Positions 15,248-19,223 of a DNA stretch of 19,223 nt are shown piece after piece. This stretch comes from Allobaculum fili (GTDB taxonomy: Bacteria > Bacillota_I > Bacilli_A > Erysipelotrichales > Erysipelotrichaceae): positions 1 through 19,223 of the forward strand of contig NZ_JAHDSX010000042.1 in NCBI RefSeq assembly GCF_020969955.1, written 5' to 3'. Each line of letters opens with the position of its first letter. Within the stretch, counting starts at the first letter, position 1. Made by a program: the position numbers and the translations under genes. A model generated the notes under the pieces. That model worked only from the letters and a program-made list of their open reading frames with translations. It had not been told where the DNA came from and made no database searches.

Positions 15248-18200
15248 TCAGCGATTTAAAGCGTCGATTTTTTCTGCATCTGGGGCAAGGCGTAAAGCAA
15301 GAAGATCGCGATTCAGATCTTCGGCTGCCTCGTTCACTGCAGCCTGATCAGCGTTCGTATTGTTATAAACGGTCTGCGCAGCGCGGATCTGACTAGTCCA
15401 CTGCTCCAACGCCTGGCCTTCAAGTGCGTAGTCGGAAAGTTTGATTCCTTTGGCTTTAGTCAGCACTGTGCTGAGCTGAGACTTTTCTGCGGTGTCCCCG
15501 GTCATCACGATCTCGTAGATTTTTGGTTTTGGCTGATCGGCGCTCCAGTTTACACGCACACGAAGGGCTTTCTTTGTACCATCGAGCGCAAAGCGGTTCA
15601 CCGATTTTTCCAGAGTTCCCAGATCTGTCCACTCTTCATCTCCTTCATAGAGGACTTTAACAGCCGCATTGGAGAAGTTTTCCGCGTCCTGCACGATAGT
15701 CAGGCAAGGCAGCTCGTTCTTTTCGGGAATGACATACTCAAAGGATCCTGCCGGCGCTTTCGGTTCAAAGCATGTTGTCAGATCGTTGTCTGCCGCAAGC
15801 TGCATATTTTCTTCCGTACCTGTAAACAGAGACGGAACGTCTTCCGGAAGCGGTGCATCATTGAGTAAAATCTCATGCAGTTTCAGGTAGGCTGACTGCT
15901 CCGTTGCTTCCTCTTTGGCACTGTCCGTAACATCGATTCGAATGTAACGAATCCGCGAGCCGTCACCTTCTGTACGCTGGTAGCGCAGTGCGCTGTCAAT
16001 TACGGTCTTGTCATCCGCGGCATTGACAGTCATGACTTTTTTCCAGTCTGTTCCATTGGCGGAAACCGAAATATCACCATGGTAAAGACGCGGGCGATTT
16101 TCGGCCATATAAATCGAAAGCGCGTTAAACGGCAGTTCGCGGCCCAGATCAATCATGATACTCTGCCCAGCCGCCTGATTGACGCTTGTCCATGCATACG
16201 TCGTCAAATTGCCGTCGGTCAAAGCAGACCAGGAGCCCTCTTTGAGCGGTAAATCGGAAGTAACCGTCGGAACCACACCCGTTGTTTTCATCAGGTTCAG
16301 GGCAAAATCAGCAGGAAGCACAACTTCCGCATTCGTGGTATTTCGTACCCGCGCAAAACGAACGGTCTCTCGTCCGGAAATCGTCTCTCTGCTCCAGGCT
16401 GTACCATCCAGCGAGTATTCCAGGACGCAGCCCGATGGGGCCTGTGCAGCCTGCAAGGCGGAAATGAAGATCGGATCGGTCAGTTTCACACCGATGGACT
16501 GACCCGCCTCAAGAGTCAAAGCGGAATTTGTTTTCAGTGTGACTGTGCTGTCTGTCGATTCAATCGAAGCTGAACCGGCATTTTCCTGCGTCGAATAAAT
16601 TTGTGCAGGGGTGTTAGCGGACTTATTTACCGTGAACTCGCGAACGCGGGTCCAGAAATCGTGCTTGTTCGGGTTGTTCGGGTCTGTAAATCCAGTAACG
16701 CGAAGTCGAATGTAGCGGGCGCGAACATCCAGATTTTTGCGTACGATACGGCTTTCGTTGATATTTTCTTCAATCGGTGTCCAGTTTTCGCCGTCTGCAG
16801 AGTATTCAAGAGTGGATTCGTGGAAGCGGTCATGATGCGTATCCGTTTCGCCCTGAATAATTTCCACATCATGGATATTCAGCATACGGCCTAAATCGAG
16901 ACCATAGTAGTCACCAGCGGTCTGGACACTATTCCAGGAAGCAAACGTCGTTTCATCGCCGTCGATCATTTTTTGCGTATTGGTGTTTTCTCCAAAGCTG
17001 GAAATTACAGAAGGCGTAAAGCCGTCGTAGTCCGGATTCAGGTTGAGCAGGATTTCATTGGACATTTTCGTCAGCAGATTCTTCACAAACGGATAGAGCC
17101 GCTTCGATCCGCCCTTAGCCGTCTTATCGGCATATTCGCGCGGACTGTTATCGTCCCATTTGGCGAATTCTTCGTTGGCTTTGCTGAGGTGAATCCAGGC
17201 GTTTTCCATATCGCCTGCGCTGAACGCCGTATAGGCATCCATGGCCGCGATGCCGGCTTTCGCCACCGCGTCGAGCGAATTGAGCCACGGATTCAGATCC
17301 GAAAGAAGCGCTTCGCTTCCGTTGGCTTTCATATCGGCAACGGCTGCCGTAATGGCCTTGAACTCGTCATACACGGCCGCAAACTCTTCAGAACTCTCTG
17401 CGGGAATTCCGCTGTTCAGTCTGTTCTGAAGCGTTTCCAGACTTTCTTTCAGGTCTTCCGATTCCGGGAAACCGCCTGGATAGCGTCCGGAGTCCGGACA
17501 GTTCGACAGATGTCTTGCCACAACCGCATAGCTGTCTGCCACTTCCGGTTCGATGTACTTAAAGCTGTTTTTCCAGATCGTATCGACGTTCTCGGAAAAG
17601 TTCTGCGTATTCCACAGCCAGCTCATAAGCTGGAAATAAGCGACCTTATTCGCTTCCGGATAATTGACCGGATTGGACATCAGACCTTTTGTATGCTGGA
17701 GATTATCGGCGGTCGAGAAATAAAAATCGATATTGCCGAGATAAATACCGGCTTTATCGTGCTCGGAGCACGGATAGTTGAGCCAGTTGACGATTTCATG
17801 ACCGGATCGTTCGTAGACCCAGTCAATATCCGTCTGCGTTACTGGGCAGTTTACGCGTTCTCCTGTCCAGTACAGAAGAATATGGTCGTCGAGATTATTT
17901 TTATAGGCGTTCAGCTCATTGGTAACTGTGGCTTCCGCTGCCCAGGTCCGGTTGTAGTTGATCGGGCAGTAAACCAACGGTCCGCAGTCACCCTTTGCTT
18001 TCAGCCAGGCGTTTACATCGTTCAGAAAGAGCGCGATATCCGCGGGGGCTCCGCTGTTGTAGTCATCGTTCAAAATGTGGAAATCGCGTACTCCGATGTC
18101 ATACAGCTGCTGGAATTTTGCAAGCAGTGCAGCCAGCCGCTCCTGATATACACCGTAGTTTGCACTGTCTCTTTGCGGCGAAGCACCGTTTAAAAAGGCC

Positions 18201-19012
18201 GATTTTCCGGCATGGAACGACCACGCATAGCGAACCTTGCTGGCTTTGGCCACATCGACAAGGTGCTTAATCTGATTGAGCTCTTCCTGCGGATACTGCG
18301 CTTGCCAGTTTGAACCGCCGTGATACGGGTCGGTCTTGGACGCGAAGACATACATATTGCCTTTTACCTTGCGCAGAAAGCGAATCTGCGTCTCGCGGTC
18401 TTCGTAGCTGAATCCGCCGTAAAAGCCTTCGATAAATCCGCGCAGTTCCTTATCGGCATAGTCTTCAATCGATACTTTCTTAAGCTGATTGCCTTCAAAG
18501 GAAGAGAACATCATTTCCAGCGAGGACAGACCGTAAAAAGCAGCATCGGTGTCCTTGCCCACAATCGCAATTACACTCGTGTTTCCATCCTGATCGACAT
18601 CAAGCGCGTAGGCGTCGGTCTTTTCAAACAGATCGGCACTCAGCTGTTCGTTGGCATCAAACCAGGCATCAGCGGCACCGTTGGAATCATGAACGCCCAG
18701 AAGAATGTTCGTCTTTCCGCTCACAGCTTCACTTCCGGTTGTGGCGGTCAGTCCGTTTTCTTTCAGAATTTCCTGAAGATAGTCTTTGGTGTACTGATCA
18801 ATATCATTTTCATAGACAACGTTCACCTCGTTTGAAACGGTGAACTTGTCCGATGCAGGATATTCCACGGAATGCGGAATCGGATAGACTTCATAACGAT
18901 CTGTTTCCGGCTCTGCTTCCGGCGTTTCCACAGCGAGCACGGGTGCAGAAGGAAGCGGCAGCATCGCTGCGCTGACCAGAGCCGCAAGCAGACGCGAGGT
19001 ATATTTTTTCAT
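15248..19012 (-). CDS. Secreted multidomain GH84 beta-N-acetylglucosaminidase (O-GlcNAcase / NagJ-NagH-like) with discoidin (F5/8 type C, CBM32-like) modules and a C-terminal FIVAR domain
   Basis: 1254 aa with signal peptide MKKYTSRLLAALVSAAMLPLPSAPVLA. The GH84 core signature is RGFIEGFYGGFSYEDRETQIRFLRKVKGNMYVFASKTDPYH, with a candidate catalytic DD in HILNDDY. There are two clear and one probable discoidin-like modules (MIDGDETT...RYIRLRV; LTDGNLTT...RYIRIDV; ADNDLTT...LRVRV). The tail is FIVAR-like (LEQWTSQIRAAQTVYNNTNADQAAVNEAAEDLNRDLLAL). There is no LPXTG or dockerin. Confidence 0.85.
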   Translation of the reverse strand: MKKYTSRLLAALVSAAMLPLPSAPVLAVETPEAEPETDRYEVYPIPHSVEYPASDKFTVSNEVNVVYENDIDQYTKDYLQEILKENGLTATTGSEAVSGKTNILLGVHDSNGAADAWFDANEQLSADLFEKTDAYALDVDQDGNTSVIAIVGKDTDAAFYGLSSLEMMFSSFEGNQLKKVSIEDYADKELRGFIEGFYGGFSYEDRETQIRFLRKVKGNMYVFASKTDPYHGGSNWQAQYPQEELNQIKHLVDVAKASKVRYAWSFHAGKSAFLNGASPQRDSANYGVYQERLAALLAKFQQLYDIGVRDFHILNDDYNSGAPADIALFLNDVNAWLKAKGDCGPLVYCPINYNRTWAAEATVTNELNAYKNNLDDHILLYWTGERVNCPVTQTDIDWVYERSGHEIVNWLNYPCSEHDKAGIYLGNIDFYFSTADNLQHTKGLMSNPVNYPEANKVAYFQLMSWLWNTQNFSENVDTIWKNSFKYIEPEVADSYAVVARHLSNCPDSGRYPGGFPESEDLKESLETLQNRLNSGIPAESSEEFAAVYDEFKAITAAVADMKANGSEALLSDLNPWLNSLDAVAKAGIAAMDAYTAFSAGDMENAWIHLSKANEEFAKWDDNSPREYADKTAKGGSKRLYPFVKNLLTKMSNEILLNLNPDYDGFTPSVISSFGENTNTQKMIDGDETTFASWNSVQTAGDYYGLDLGRMLNIHDVEIIQGETDTHHDRFHESTLEYSADGENWTPIEENINESRIVRKNLDVRARYIRLRVTGFTDPNNPNKHDFWTRVREFTVNKSANTPAQIYSTQENAGSASIESTDSTVTLKTNSALTLEAGQSIGVKLTDPIFISALQAAQAPSGCVLEYSLDGTAWSRETISGRETVRFARVRNTTNAEVVLPADFALNLMKTTGVVPTVTSDLPLKEGSWSALTDGNLTTYAWTSVNQAAGQSIMIDLGRELPFNALSIYMAENRPRLYHGDISVSANGTDWKKVMTVNAADDKTVIDSALRYQRTEGDGSRIRYIRIDVTDSAKEEATEQSAYLKLHEILLNDAPLPEDVPSLFTGTEENMQLAADNDLTTCFEPKAPAGSFEYVIPEKNELPCLTIVQDAENFSNAAVKVLYEGDEEWTDLGTLEKSVNRFALDGTKKALRVRVNWSADQPKPKIYEIVMTGDTAEKSQLSTVLTKAKGIKLSDYALEGQALEQWTSQIRAAQTVYNNTNADQAAVNEAAEDLNRDLLALRLAPDAEKIDALNR

Positions 19013-19184
19013 CCCAATATTTCCTTTCTCATTTGAAACGGGCTCCCCTTTTAGCCCGAACGGGGAGTTTATTTCTTTTTTAGTTTACCAAATACGCAAT
19101 GTCATTAAGTTAAGGAGGGATAAAAATCGTATACCCTGTTCATGAGCGTTGTCATTTCTTATATTTTGCGTCTCAGGCATGACG

Positions 19185-19220
19185 AAAAGGATGATTTTCT
19201 ACCTGTTGAAAAAATCATCC
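19185..19220 (-). terminator. Rho-independent terminator of a minus-strand gene lying beyond the right window edge
   Basis: A 10-bp stem, GGATGATTTT (19189-19198) with AAAATCATCC (19211-19220), is followed on the minus strand by TTTTCGTC. Confidence 0.55.
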
Positions 19221-19223
19221 TGA

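Overview
The window looks like a chromosomal segment of a Bacillota (Firmicutes)-type bacterium. Finer taxonomy cannot be established from the sequence alone. Almost every gene is on the minus strand.

Gene content, listed by increasing coordinate:
- A peptide/amino-acid utilisation cluster: an unknown membrane protein, an M18 aminopeptidase and an APC-family permease.
- About 0.9 kb with no convincing gene.
- The str operon (rpsL-rpsG-fusA-tuf).
- An orphan ABC ATPase and a small lipoprotein.
- The rplK-rplA-rplJ-rplL cluster, with an L10-leader-like attenuator.
- Two tandem tRNA-Glu(UUC) units and one plus-strand tRNA-Ala(CGC).
- A 1254-aa secreted GH84 glycosidase carrying discoidin/CBM32 and FIVAR modules.

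Four things deserve a second look:
1. A decayed type I-E-like CRISPR mini-array (one canonical 28-nt repeat plus two degenerate copies at exactly 61-bp spacing) lies between tRNA-Ala and the GH84 gene. It has its own promoter-like and terminator elements, and there are no cas genes in the window.
2. A promoter-to-terminator unit of about 195 nt on the plus strand, convergent with rplL, folds like a structured sRNA. A 6S-like identity is only a hypothesis.
3. rpoB-rpoC are missing between rplL and rpsL, and secE-nusG are missing upstream of rplK. Accessory genes and tRNAs occupy those positions.
4. The ABC ATPase has no permease partner and carries Asp in place of the Q-loop Gln.

I found no clear multi-gene novel system such as a defence island. 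All motif matches were made by eye, with no database searches.
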